A stretch of DNA of 64,000 bases. Source: an uncultured cyanobacterium (GTDB lineage Bacteria; Cyanobacteriota; Cyanobacteriia; PCC-9006; JAAUQQ01). Of this stretch, positions 10,815-20,095 are shown in pieces. Each line of letters opens with the position of its first letter. Position 1 is the first letter of the stretch. A program made the translations under genes and the position numbers. The stretch lies in NCBI GenBank assembly GCA_963718615.1, contig OY970368.1, forward strand, positions 5,408,001 through 5,472,000. The letters run 5' to 3'. Below the pieces are notes generated by a model, which was not told the origin of the DNA, searched no databases, and worked only from the letters and a program-made list of their open reading frames with translations.

Positions 10815-11363
10815 CTAGCGCCACAGCACATCCGAGCCAACGGCAGGGGTTTCTGGAACGGCAACGGGTTGATTTTGAAGCAGGGCGATCGCCGCTGTTC
10901 TCAAATAGGGCTCCTGCACAGCCTCAGGGTTTTCCGGCGCATCATCAATAGCTCCTCGATAGCGAATAATGCCAAACTGATCCAGTAAAAAGACTTCCGG
11001 GGTTTTGGCAGCCTGGAATGTATGGGCCACGTCTTGGGTAATATCCCGGATGTAGGGAAAAATAATGCCATGGGTTTGGGCAAACTGTCCCATGGGCTCT
11101 AGGCCGTCCTCGGGCGATCGCACCAGATCATTGGCATTAATTCCAATCAGCGTAAAATCCTGGTCCTGGAGATCCGCTTGGATGGCCTGAAGTCGGGGTA
11201 AATATTGCCTCACGACGGGGCAGATATTGCTCAAGAAAACAATGCCGATCGCCCGATAGCGTTCGAGATAGCGGGCAAGATGGTGGACCTCTTGGTCAGC
11301 ACCGGGTAATTCAAAATCAGGAGCGTAAGCCCCAATTACGGTGTTTGTCATGCTCTTCTGCAT
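10815..11363 (-). CDS. AhpC/TSA-type thioredoxin-family protein
   Basis: 'APDFELPG', 'SNICPVV', 'TPEVFLLD', 'YRGAIDD', 'VGSDVLW'. Confidence 0.85.
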   Translation of the reverse strand: MQKSMTNTVIGAYAPDFELPGADQEVHHLARYLERYRAIGIVFLSNICPVVRQYLPRLQAIQADLQDQDFTLIGINANDLVRSPEDGLEPMGQFAQTHGIIFPYIRDITQDVAHTFQAAKTPEVFLLDQFGIIRYRGAIDDAPENPEAVQEPYLRTAAIALLQNQPVAVPETPAVGSDVLWR

Positions 11364-11484
11364 CGGTCATCACAATCTGGTTTGGACCGCTCGGCAAATG
11401 ACTCATCCCTGATGGTTTTCCTGAACCGCTTGATTCGGTCACACTATCCCAGTATTCCCTCGGATCACAGCCCTATCAACGCCC

Positions 11485-13890
11485 ATGCTAAACAATGTAC
11501 AACCCTTCTCTCAAGATTTAGTGCTGGTGGGGGGCGGCCATAGCCATGCGATCGCGCTACAGATGTGGGCAATGCAGCCCCTGCCTGGGGTGCGGGTGAC
11601 GGTGGTGAGCGATCGCACCCATACGCCCTACTCAGGAATGCTGCCGGGCCATGTGGCAGGATTTTATAACTATGACGAATGTCACATTGATCTACGGCGG
11701 CTGTGTGAGGCAGCAGGAGCCCAGTTTTATTTGGATCGCGCCACGGGACTGGACCTAAGCAATCAGCGATTACACTGTGCCAATCACCCTGGAATTTACT
11801 TTGATTGGCTCTCCTTGGACATTGGCAGCACCCCTGCGGTGATTACGGTGCCGGGAGCCCAAGACTACGCAATTCCCGCAAAGCCAGTCCCGGAGTTTTT
11901 GGCCGCCTGGGAGGATTTCATTGCCCAGGTGCAGCAGCAGCCAGACCGCTTTGCCCACGGGTCCCTAGGCATTGTGGGCGGAGGCGCAGGGGGCGTAGAA
12001 CTGGCCAGTTCCATGGGGGCACGGCTGTGTCAAATCATTCCCGTGCCGGGGATACAGCTCTCCATCCATCTGTTTCATCGGGGGGCTGAATTGCTACCGG
12101 GTCATGCCCCTTCAGTGCAGCGGACGTTCAAGCGGGTGCTGCAAGACCAAGGCGTTACGGTGCACTTAAATTCCGAAGTTGTCGCCGTCGTAGGGACGAA
12201 CAGCCGTTCGTCCGTCCGGGCCGAGATTCAGGCTCCAGACCAGGAACAAGACCAGGATCAGGACCAAGGCCAGAGGCCGGGACAGCCTTCTGAATCGGTG
12301 GTTTGCGATCGCCTCTTCTGGGTCACCCAGGCCAGCGCTCCGACCTGGCTGGGGGAATCCGGTCTGCAAACCGACGAATCCGGCTTTGTCCTCGTGGGCG
12401 ACACCCTGCAATCTCTCTCCCATCCCCACATCCTGGCCGCTGGAGACATCGCCACAATGGTCAACCATCCTCGCCCCAAAGCCGGGGTTTTTGCCGTGCG
12501 TCAGGGCCGCCCCCTGTTCGAAAACCTACAGCGGCTTTTACAAGGCCAGTCTCCTCAACCGTTTATTCCCCAAAAAAATCTACTGGCACTCATCGGCACA
12601 GGCGATGGGCGCGCAGTCGCCTCCCGAGGGTCTTGGGGCGCAGGGCCTTGGCAACTGCTCTGGATTTGGAAAGACTGGATTGATCGGCGGTTTATGGAGC
12701 GGTTTAGCGGCGATCTGGGAAAATTTAGCAATGACCCGCAATCTCCAACACAACCCATGTATTGCAATGGCTGTGGGTCCAAGGTCGGCAGCGGAGCCCT
12801 AGAACGAGTTTTGGCGCGCATTGACCAGGAGGGCCATCCTGGACCGAATGATAGACCCGATGATGGACCCAATGATGGGCCAGAGGATGCAGCGGTGTTG
12901 CAGATTCCGGAAAACCGCGTTCTGATTCAAACCGTTGATTATTTCCCGGCGTTGGTTTCCGATCCGTTTGTTTTCGGTCAGATCACCGCGAATCACTGTC
13001 TCAACGACATTTTTGCCATGGGCGCTCAGCCCCACAGCGCCTTGGCGATCGCCCAAATCCCCCACGGAGGCGAGGCCCAAATCGAAGAAACCCTGTATCA
13101 GCTCCTCTCCGGTGCAATCCAAGTTCTGCATCAAACCCAAACAGTCCTGGTTGGTGGCCATACAACCGAGGGCGATCGCCTCGCCTTTGGATTAAGCTGC
13201 AATGGCCTCGGGGAGTCAGACAAACTTTGGCGCAAAGGGGGAATCCAGCCCCAGCAAGCGTTGATTTTGACGAAGGCGATCGGTACGGGCACCCTATTCG
13301 CGGCGCAGCGGCAGGGGAAAGCCAAGGGGCGCTGGATTGATGGGGCGATCGCCACCATGCTCCAATCCAACGCTGCGGCTGTACCCATCTTGCAAGCCCA
13401 TGGAACCACCGCCTGCACAGACATCACTGGATTTGGGTTGCTGGGCCATCTGTGGGAAATGGTCCGCGCTTCTGGGGTGAGCGTAACGCTGGATGTGTCA
13501 GCGGTACCGCTGTTGTCCGGAGTCGCAGCAACCTTGCAAGCGGGACTGTTTAGCTCCATCCATGGTCAGAACCAGAGTTTAGCCGATGCCCATTGGGTCG
13601 CCGATTGGGTCGTCGCAACGGCGAAAAATAGTTTACCAGGAAACACCGCTGGTCCACAGCTCTTATTATCCACCCCCCAGACCCAGGCCCTGTTTGATCC
13701 ACAAACCGCTGGAGGTTTGCTCGCAGCGGTACCGTTCCATCAGGCAGAGGCTTGTCTCACCGCCCTGCGGCAGGCGGGGTATCAGCACAGCCAAATCGTG
13801 GGCAAGAGCCAAATTACCCTAGCAATACCCCCCTCTTCACCGCCAGAAGCTGCACCCAGTCCTTGCATTCAGCTCCAGAATGCTGATTAG
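11485..13890 (+). CDS. selD: Selenide, water dikinase fused to N-terminal FAD-dependent oxidoreductase
   Basis: N-terminal 'LVLVGGGHSH', 'YSGMLPG', 'PKAGVFAVRQG'; C-terminal 'CNGCGSKV', 'QTVDYF', 'GGHT', 'TDITGFGLLGH', 'DPQTAGGLL'. Confidence 0.92.
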   Translation: MLNNVQPFSQDLVLVGGGHSHAIALQMWAMQPLPGVRVTVVSDRTHTPYSGMLPGHVAGFYNYDECHIDLRRLCEAAGAQFYLDRATGLDLSNQRLHCANHPGIYFDWLSLDIGSTPAVITVPGAQDYAIPAKPVPEFLAAWEDFIAQVQQQPDRFAHGSLGIVGGGAGGVELASSMGARLCQIIPVPGIQLSIHLFHRGAELLPGHAPSVQRTFKRVLQDQGVTVHLNSEVVAVVGTNSRSSVRAEIQAPDQEQDQDQDQGQRPGQPSESVVCDRLFWVTQASAPTWLGESGLQTDESGFVLVGDTLQSLSHPHILAAGDIATMVNHPRPKAGVFAVRQGRPLFENLQRLLQGQSPQPFIPQKNLLALIGTGDGRAVASRGSWGAGPWQLLWIWKDWIDRRFMERFSGDLGKFSNDPQSPTQPMYCNGCGSKVGSGALERVLARIDQEGHPGPNDRPDDGPNDGPEDAAVLQIPENRVLIQTVDYFPALVSDPFVFGQITANHCLNDIFAMGAQPHSALAIAQIPHGGEAQIEETLYQLLSGAIQVLHQTQTVLVGGHTTEGDRLAFGLSCNGLGESDKLWRKGGIQPQQALILTKAIGTGTLFAAQRQGKAKGRWIDGAIATMLQSNAAAVPILQAHGTTACTDITGFGLLGHLWEMVRASGVSVTLDVSAVPLLSGVAATLQAGLFSSIHGQNQSLADAHWVADWVVATAKNSLPGNTAGPQLLLSTPQTQALFDPQTAGGLLAAVPFHQAEACLTALRQAGYQHSQIVGKSQITLAIPPSSPPEAAPSPCIQLQNAD

Positions 13891-14057
13891 CCGTTATTCA
13901 CATCCTATTCCCACTGAGCAGAGCAGACAGATCAATAGAATTCAGGCTTAATATTAGGAAAAGACAAAAATCGGAAACATAATTTTTTTGAATGAATAAT
14001 TTTCGAGAATCATCCCGATAGTCCTAAAGCCCTCCTCTTGTCCCCCCTGAATGTTTT

Positions 14058-16241
14058 ATGCCTCAAGCCATCTCTGAAGCACCTTCTCGCCTAGCGTTGC
14101 CCCTCTCTAGCGCCGTTGATCCGGGAGATACGTTGAGTACGGCCTTGGATTTAGGGAGTTTTGAGGATCGCACCGTGGTTTGGAACGATGCCATCGGCGG
14201 CAATGACTTTGCCGACTTTTACCGAGTCTCGATGGTCGACAGCGGGGTTTTGAGCGTATCACTCACGGAGTTAAGCGCCGATGCCGATTTGTATTTGCTT
14301 GATCCCAATGGAACGCCATTGGATGTTTCTTTCAATTACGGTAGCCTTGATGAGGCGATCGCCTACAGCGTCAACGCAGGCACCTATTACCTAGCGGTGG
14401 TTCCCTACACAGGCAGCACGACCTATCGCTTAACCATTGAAGATTTGCCGTTGGTTCCGAACGATAATACCTTTAGTACCGCCAATCCTCTGGTTTTTGG
14501 CTCCACACCAACGGTCATTCAAGATGCAGTAGGGGTCAATGATTTTGTAGATTATTATCGGTTTAGCCTCAGCAACTCTAGTTTTTTTAATCTGACGTTA
14601 ACGGGGTTAGAGAGCGATGCAGATCTAGAACTCTTTGACAGTAATGGGCAGATTATTGGGCGATCGGAACAAAGCGACAATCAGGCGGAAACCCTTAATC
14701 AGCGATTAGAGAGCGGGACTTACTATATTCGAGTGTATCCCTTTTTTGGGGATACTAATTACACGCTCAGTACCTCTATTCTTGAGGCGTCATCCAACGA
14801 GCCGGTGAGCAATCTCGTCGCGCCGGAAATCGAACTTGGTCCCTTGGGAACAACGGTTCAAACGCAATCAGGCAGTATTAGTAACGCCAATACCGTCGAT
14901 ACCTATCAGTTCTCGCTCTCGACCACTAGTGATATTACCATGACCTTAGGCGGGCTCAGCAGTGATTTGGATTTGCGTTTAATTCGGGATATCAATGGCA
15001 ATGGCCAGGTGGATGCCAAAGAGGAATTGGCGCGATCGCAACAGGGTGGAACCCTCAGCGAAATTCTAACTCAGCAACTGGAAGCCGGGGATTACTTTCT
15101 TCAGGTTTATCAATACGATGGCAGCAGCAACTATACGTTGACCAGTGTCGCCACGCCGTTGGATTCACCTATGCCCGAGCCGGAACCCGAACCGGAGCCG
15201 GAGCCGGAACCCGAACCCCCCATAGATCCGGGCAATAGCTTGACCACGGCACAAGTTGAAGCAACGGCAATTTTTAGCCAAACCCAGCAGGTGAGTGGGG
15301 GCGATCGCGATGATTTCTTTCAGTTTAGCGTTAGCGAATCCGGCATTTTTACAGCGACGTTAACCAGCTTGAGTGGGGATGCCGACGTACGATTGATTCG
15401 GGATAACAATAGCAATGGCAGCATCGACGCCGATGAAGTGATCGCTTGGGAATGGCAACGGCAAAGTCAATCTGAATTGATTCGTGATTTTCTAGAGACG
15501 GGAACTTACTTTGTTCAGGTCACTAGCTACAACGAACAAACCGCAGACTATACGCTCAATACCAATTTTACAGCGGCGGCCAATGATCCCCTGGCCTTTG
15601 CCTTTGAGGTTAATTTCACTACAGGTCTTAGCGGTTTAAATCAAGCCGCACGAGATGCCGTTCAGCGTGCCGCTGATTTTTGGGAAACGGTTATTACCCA
15701 CAGCAGTTTTGACCTCGCTCAAACCTTAACGGTAACGGTCAGTGGGAGTCAATTAGGCTTTGGAACCTTAGCTCAGGCTGGGTTTGAAGCAGGGGATTTA
15801 GCGCTGACCCCCACAGGTACGTTTTTGCCAATCCAGGGTGCCGCTGAGCTCAATATTGCTGAGTTCGCGACCTATAATGCTGACCCAGATTTCTTAGAAA
15901 TTGTCATGCGTCATGAGTTTGCCCATGTCTTAGGATTTGGGCTGATTTGGGATGAATTTATTAATCCTTTCAATGGAACCTATGGGGCTAATAGTCAGGC
16001 AGGATGGGCCTATGGTGAAGCCCTAGGATTGTTTGATCAGGTTGCAGTACCGACAGATCCCTATGGCTCCGGCCATTGGGATGAGGCTGTTTTTGGGGCT
16101 GAACTCATGACCCCTTTTGTAGAACCCCAGGGCTCGTCCATGCCCTTAAGCGAAATTACGATTGCCGCCTTGCAAGACATGGGTTGGCATGTCAACTTTG
16201 GTGCAGCCGAAGCCTATAGTTTAGGCAGTAGCTTTATCTAG
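14058..16241 (+). CDS. Four PPC domains plus C-terminal zinc metallopeptidase (leishmanolysin/M8-like)
   Basis: Repeated 'D..D.Y.F...L.GL..DADL.L...E.....L..GTYY..V'; (PE)n linker; 'HEFAHVLGFG...GHWDE....ELMT'. Confidence 0.85.
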   Translation: MPQAISEAPSRLALPLSSAVDPGDTLSTALDLGSFEDRTVVWNDAIGGNDFADFYRVSMVDSGVLSVSLTELSADADLYLLDPNGTPLDVSFNYGSLDEAIAYSVNAGTYYLAVVPYTGSTTYRLTIEDLPLVPNDNTFSTANPLVFGSTPTVIQDAVGVNDFVDYYRFSLSNSSFFNLTLTGLESDADLELFDSNGQIIGRSEQSDNQAETLNQRLESGTYYIRVYPFFGDTNYTLSTSILEASSNEPVSNLVAPEIELGPLGTTVQTQSGSISNANTVDTYQFSLSTTSDITMTLGGLSSDLDLRLIRDINGNGQVDAKEELARSQQGGTLSEILTQQLEAGDYFLQVYQYDGSSNYTLTSVATPLDSPMPEPEPEPEPEPEPEPPIDPGNSLTTAQVEATAIFSQTQQVSGGDRDDFFQFSVSESGIFTATLTSLSGDADVRLIRDNNSNGSIDADEVIAWEWQRQSQSELIRDFLETGTYFVQVTSYNEQTADYTLNTNFTAAANDPLAFAFEVNFTTGLSGLNQAARDAVQRAADFWETVITHSSFDLAQTLTVTVSGSQLGFGTLAQAGFEAGDLALTPTGTFLPIQGAAELNIAEFATYNADPDFLEIVMRHEFAHVLGFGLIWDEFINPFNGTYGANSQAGWAYGEALGLFDQVAVPTDPYGSGHWDEAVFGAELMTPFVEPQGSSMPLSEITIAALQDMGWHVNFGAAEAYSLGSSFI

Positions 16242-16287
16242 AGCATCATCTAGAGCATCAGAAAACACCCAAGAATAAGGCCCACAA

Positions 16288-17808
16288 CTAACGCAAAAAT
16301 AAGCGATAGGCGGGATTATCGTTTTCGTCCCAATAGGTATAACCCAGTTCATCCAAAAATGCCTGCCATTCCTGCATTTCCTCCGGAGGAACCTGAATGC
16401 CCACCAACACGCGACCCACATCGGAACCGTGATTGCGATAGTGAAATAAACTAATATTCCAGTTAGGGCTCATGCTGTTGAGAAACTGCATCAGCGCTGT
16501 TGGTCGTTCGGGAAATTCAAAACGATAGAGCAGTTCATTGTGGGCAAGGGGCGATCGCCCCCCCACCAAATGTCGAATATGCAACTTCGCCACTTCATCA
16601 TCGGTCAAATCCACCGTATGAAATGAATTGTGCTCGAGAATCTCGGCGATGCGCGTGGCATCCTCCCGGTTTTGGATCTGGACGCCAACAAAGACCTGGG
16701 CTTCGGTTTCATCGGCGATGCGGTAGTTAAATTCGGTAATCCCGCGATCGCCAATACAGCTACAAAACTTACGAAAACTCCCCCGCTGCTCCGGAATTGT
16801 CACCGCAAAAATCGCTTCCCGTCGCTCGCCGATCTCAGCCCGTTCTGCCACAAACCGGAGGCGATCGAAATTCATATTAGCGCCGCAGGCTACAGCGATG
16901 AGCGTTTGATCCTGGATGTTTTCCCGTTCCACATAGGCTTTGGCGGCAGCGATCGCCAACGCCCCCGCTGGTTCCAAAATCGATCGCGTATCTTCAAAAA
17001 CATCCTTAATGGCCGCGCAGATATCGTCCGTATCGACCCGAATAACTTCATCTACATACAACTGACACAGGCGAAACGTCTCCTCGCCCACTTGCTTCAC
17101 CGCCACACCATCGGCAAACAGTCCCACATGGTCCAGCTTAACCCGCTCTCCCGCCTGGAGGGAACGATACATGGCGTCGGCTTCCACCGGTTCGACCCCA
17201 ATGATTTTGATCTCGGGATGGAGCCGCTTCACATAGGCCGAAATGCCAGAGATTAAACCGCCACCGCCGATCGCCACAAAAATTGCATGGATCGGCTGCT
17301 GACACTGACGCAACAGTTCCATGCCAATCGTCCCCTGCCCCGCAATCACATCCGGGTCATCAAAGGGATGAACAAACGTGAGCCCTTTCTCCGCTTCGAT
17401 CTGGCGGGCATGGGCATAGGCATCATCATAGGTATCACCGTAGAGAACGACTTCCCCCCCCCTCGCCCGCACCGCATCGACTTTCACCTGGGGCGTCGTT
17501 TTGGGCATGACAATGATCGCCTGGGTGCCCAACCGCTTTGCCCCCAGGGCCACACCCTGGGCATGGTTGCCTGCCGAGGCCGCAATCACTCCGCGCTGCA
17601 AGACCTCCGGCGGCAGCTGGGCCATTTTGTTGTAGGCTCCACGCAGCTTGAACGAAAACACCGACTGCATATCCTCACGCTTGAGCAGCAGCCGGTTGTG
17701 CAACCGAGCCGAGAGGTTAACCGCCAGTTCCAAGGGCGTTTCCTGGGCCACGTCATAAACACGGGCTTTGAGGATGCGTTCTAAATAATCCACACTCGAT
17801 AGGGTCAT
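16288..17808 (-). CDS. ilvA: Threonine ammonia-lyase, biosynthetic
   Basis: 'KREDMQSVFSFKLRGAYN', 'SAGNHAQG', C-terminal regulatory repeats 'FEFPERP', 'FHYRNHG'. Confidence 0.97.
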   Translation of the reverse strand: MTLSSVDYLERILKARVYDVAQETPLELAVNLSARLHNRLLLKREDMQSVFSFKLRGAYNKMAQLPPEVLQRGVIAASAGNHAQGVALGAKRLGTQAIIVMPKTTPQVKVDAVRARGGEVVLYGDTYDDAYAHARQIEAEKGLTFVHPFDDPDVIAGQGTIGMELLRQCQQPIHAIFVAIGGGGLISGISAYVKRLHPEIKIIGVEPVEADAMYRSLQAGERVKLDHVGLFADGVAVKQVGEETFRLCQLYVDEVIRVDTDDICAAIKDVFEDTRSILEPAGALAIAAAKAYVERENIQDQTLIAVACGANMNFDRLRFVAERAEIGERREAIFAVTIPEQRGSFRKFCSCIGDRGITEFNYRIADETEAQVFVGVQIQNREDATRIAEILEHNSFHTVDLTDDEVAKLHIRHLVGGRSPLAHNELLYRFEFPERPTALMQFLNSMSPNWNISLFHYRNHGSDVGRVLVGIQVPPEEMQEWQAFLDELGYTYWDENDNPAYRLFLR

Positions 17809-17865
17809 GGCGGGCGATGCAGACAGTGCCCTCGATTTTACCGGACTTATCGGAATGGGAGCGGG

Positions 17866-18486
17866 CTAACGGCGAAATTCGGGTTTATGGTCCGAGTCGT
17901 AACACAGGCCATCTTTCCATTGGCGCGTTTTGCCGGTGCAATGGGCTTCGTCTTCGATCCAAGGCAGCGCCGTGGGGTGGAAGGTCTCCTGGGTTTCCTG
18001 GAAGAACCACTCATCCGCCGTCCTGCGGGAGACAAGGGTATAGCAGCCCAGGGCCAAGGTCAAACCTAACAACGTATAGAGCCCGGTCGTGGCCATGCTC
18101 CAATGGGCCTGCTCCCGTCGTAAGCGTTCCTTGGAGCGTCGCTCGGGGCCTGCGAGCACCACGAGATAGAGCCGACGGGGAAACCAGGGCAGGGACCAGC
18201 GTAGATCGATAGCATGTTTGGACGAGCGGGCGATTGCCCGGTTCAAAGCCCTTAGCTGATTTTCGCTAAAGCTTTGGCTATCTTCCCGAGGCATCAGGTC
18301 AAACAACCGCTGGAGCCGGGGATTGAGCGGATGATGCTCTAGGTAAAGGGCATCGTTGAACAGGTCGTCTGAATACTCCTCGGACTCGTCCCTCTGCTCG
18401 GAATGACCGAACAAGGCTTGGTCAGAGGCATCAGAGGCATCAGGGGCGTTAGGATTTTGACGGTGGAAGGGCCGGAAAATTGTCAT
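17866..18486 (-). CDS. Hypothetical membrane protein
   Basis: 206 aa; 'HAIDLRWSLP...LYLVVLAGPERRS' followed by a TM helix. Confidence 0.65.
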   Translation of the reverse strand: MTIFRPFHRQNPNAPDASDASDQALFGHSEQRDESEEYSDDLFNDALYLEHHPLNPRLQRLFDLMPREDSQSFSENQLRALNRAIARSSKHAIDLRWSLPWFPRRLYLVVLAGPERRSKERLRREQAHWSMATTGLYTLLGLTLALGCYTLVSRRTADEWFFQETQETFHPTALPWIEDEAHCTGKTRQWKDGLCYDSDHKPEFRR

Positions 18487-18639
18487 TGCAGCCTACTACA
18501 TTGCAGCCCAGTGAATCTGGCTAACAGAGGAAAAACAAGGAACGGTAGACCGAATGACACAATGACTCAGGCACGGATACCCCTCGCAATCTAAGTGCGG
18601 GAGGCTCTTTATAAAAGTTACCCATTTTCCAGCCAAACT

Positions 18640-19377
18640 CTATTTTATTTGCTTCGGACAGGACTGAGGCTCGACATCGGGGCACCAGGTTTGGCGGATT
18701 TTATTGAGGATCTCGGGTTGATCGAGGTTGGAACCAGAGATGTCAAGGCTAAAGTTTCCTGGGCGATCGCCCAGGGCAATCAACGCCTCCTGGCTCAAAT
18801 TCTGAGCGCCCTGAAGACGGATCTGAGTCTTTTTCTCCTCGGAAAAATGAAGCCACTGTAGACCACTGCCATGGATGCCTGTACCGCTCAGATCTAACAC
18901 CTCAAGATGGAAATGGTGCAGCGACAGCAAATCAGAATCAGTGACGGGAGATTGGGCCAGATCGATCACCTCTAAATCACGAGATCGGAGCTGTTGCAGT
19001 TGTTTCAGGTGGGGAATCGCCTCATCACTCACGATCAAGCTCAGATGCCAGCGAGAATCCGGGACTTTGACCTTGACTGTACCGACGGCATCCCCAGCGG
19101 AAGTCTCTTCGTAATAGCAGGTAAAGCAATTGCCGTCTTGAATTAATCGCAGTTCCCCTAGGGACGGACCCTCACCAAACCGCAGGGTTCGCCGTTCAGT
19201 TTCGCCCCATCGAGGCCAAACCCCCCAGGCATTCAAGAGCACGACGAGTGTGAAAAGCGCAGGAATACTCATCCCAGCCAGAATGAGAGCCAACCGGGGA
19301 GAAGTTGACTTTGAAGCCTCGATACGATGGTTAGCAGGAGGAGTCATAGAATCTGGACAGTCAAAACTTGCTGACAC
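18640..19377 (-). CDS. Membrane-anchored protein with leucine-rich repeats
   Basis: One TM helix, then 'LEVIDLAQSPVTDSDL', 'LEVLDLSGTGIHGSGL' LRR-like units; start uncertain. Confidence 0.6.
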   Translation of the reverse strand: MSASFDCPDSMTPPANHRIEASKSTSPRLALILAGMSIPALFTLVVLLNAWGVWPRWGETERRTLRFGEGPSLGELRLIQDGNCFTCYYEETSAGDAVGTVKVKVPDSRWHLSLIVSDEAIPHLKQLQQLRSRDLEVIDLAQSPVTDSDLLSLHHFHLEVLDLSGTGIHGSGLQWLHFSEEKKTQIRLQGAQNLSQEALIALGDRPGNFSLDISGSNLDQPEILNKIRQTWCPDVEPQSCPKQIK

Positions 19378-20095
19378 ATCAAGGAATGATGGTGTAGTCG
19401 CGATCGCTCAGTAAGTCATCCTCAAACCAAGATGCTTGCTGGTGTTCTGGAGGAGGGCAGGTAAGTTCCATAAGTGTTTTACCGGTGATCAGCGTGATCC
19501 TGCATAGAGGTTTAACGGAACCGTGACAGGGGCTTGCAAAGAGATTCAATCTGGCAAGTCGTCATTCCTGATAAACCGGTTAATTGCTCTTTTGGAACTC
19601 ACAAATCGTCTCTCGCACGCGCACCGAACCACCGCCATGATACAGCTTTGTCAAAGCTCTAACTCGTCATACCCGCGTTTGTGAAGGGGAGGACTATGGC
19701 TCATAAAAAATATCGTATTACTTGACAAATCGTCATAGGTTGAAATTAGCAATATAATAGATTTTCATCGTTAATTTTCATCACCCACTATCACTCACTT
19801 TGGAGTAATTACAGTTATCCAGGGTCGCGGCATCGCCCGGTCTTATCGAATCGATTCTAGACAGATGATGCCTCCCACTCCAGCATAGGAAGGTTTACGG
19901 AGGCACAGCGCCTGGACGAGGGGCCTGAAAACCAGCATTGGTAGCCCCACGACCCAAGACTTTTCCCGAAACCCTTCAGTAGAAAGCGGAAATTGCTACG
20001 ATAGACGCAAAGTTGTATCAAAACAGTCATAGCATTGCGGGTTTTCTCGCCCGTCCTCCTGCCCAAAGACCGATCGCCCACGCTTCGTCAACGCC

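Noticed and set aside
12757-12790. Selenocysteine recoding in selD
   Set aside because: The motif is encoded with Cys codons and the ORF has no in-frame TGA
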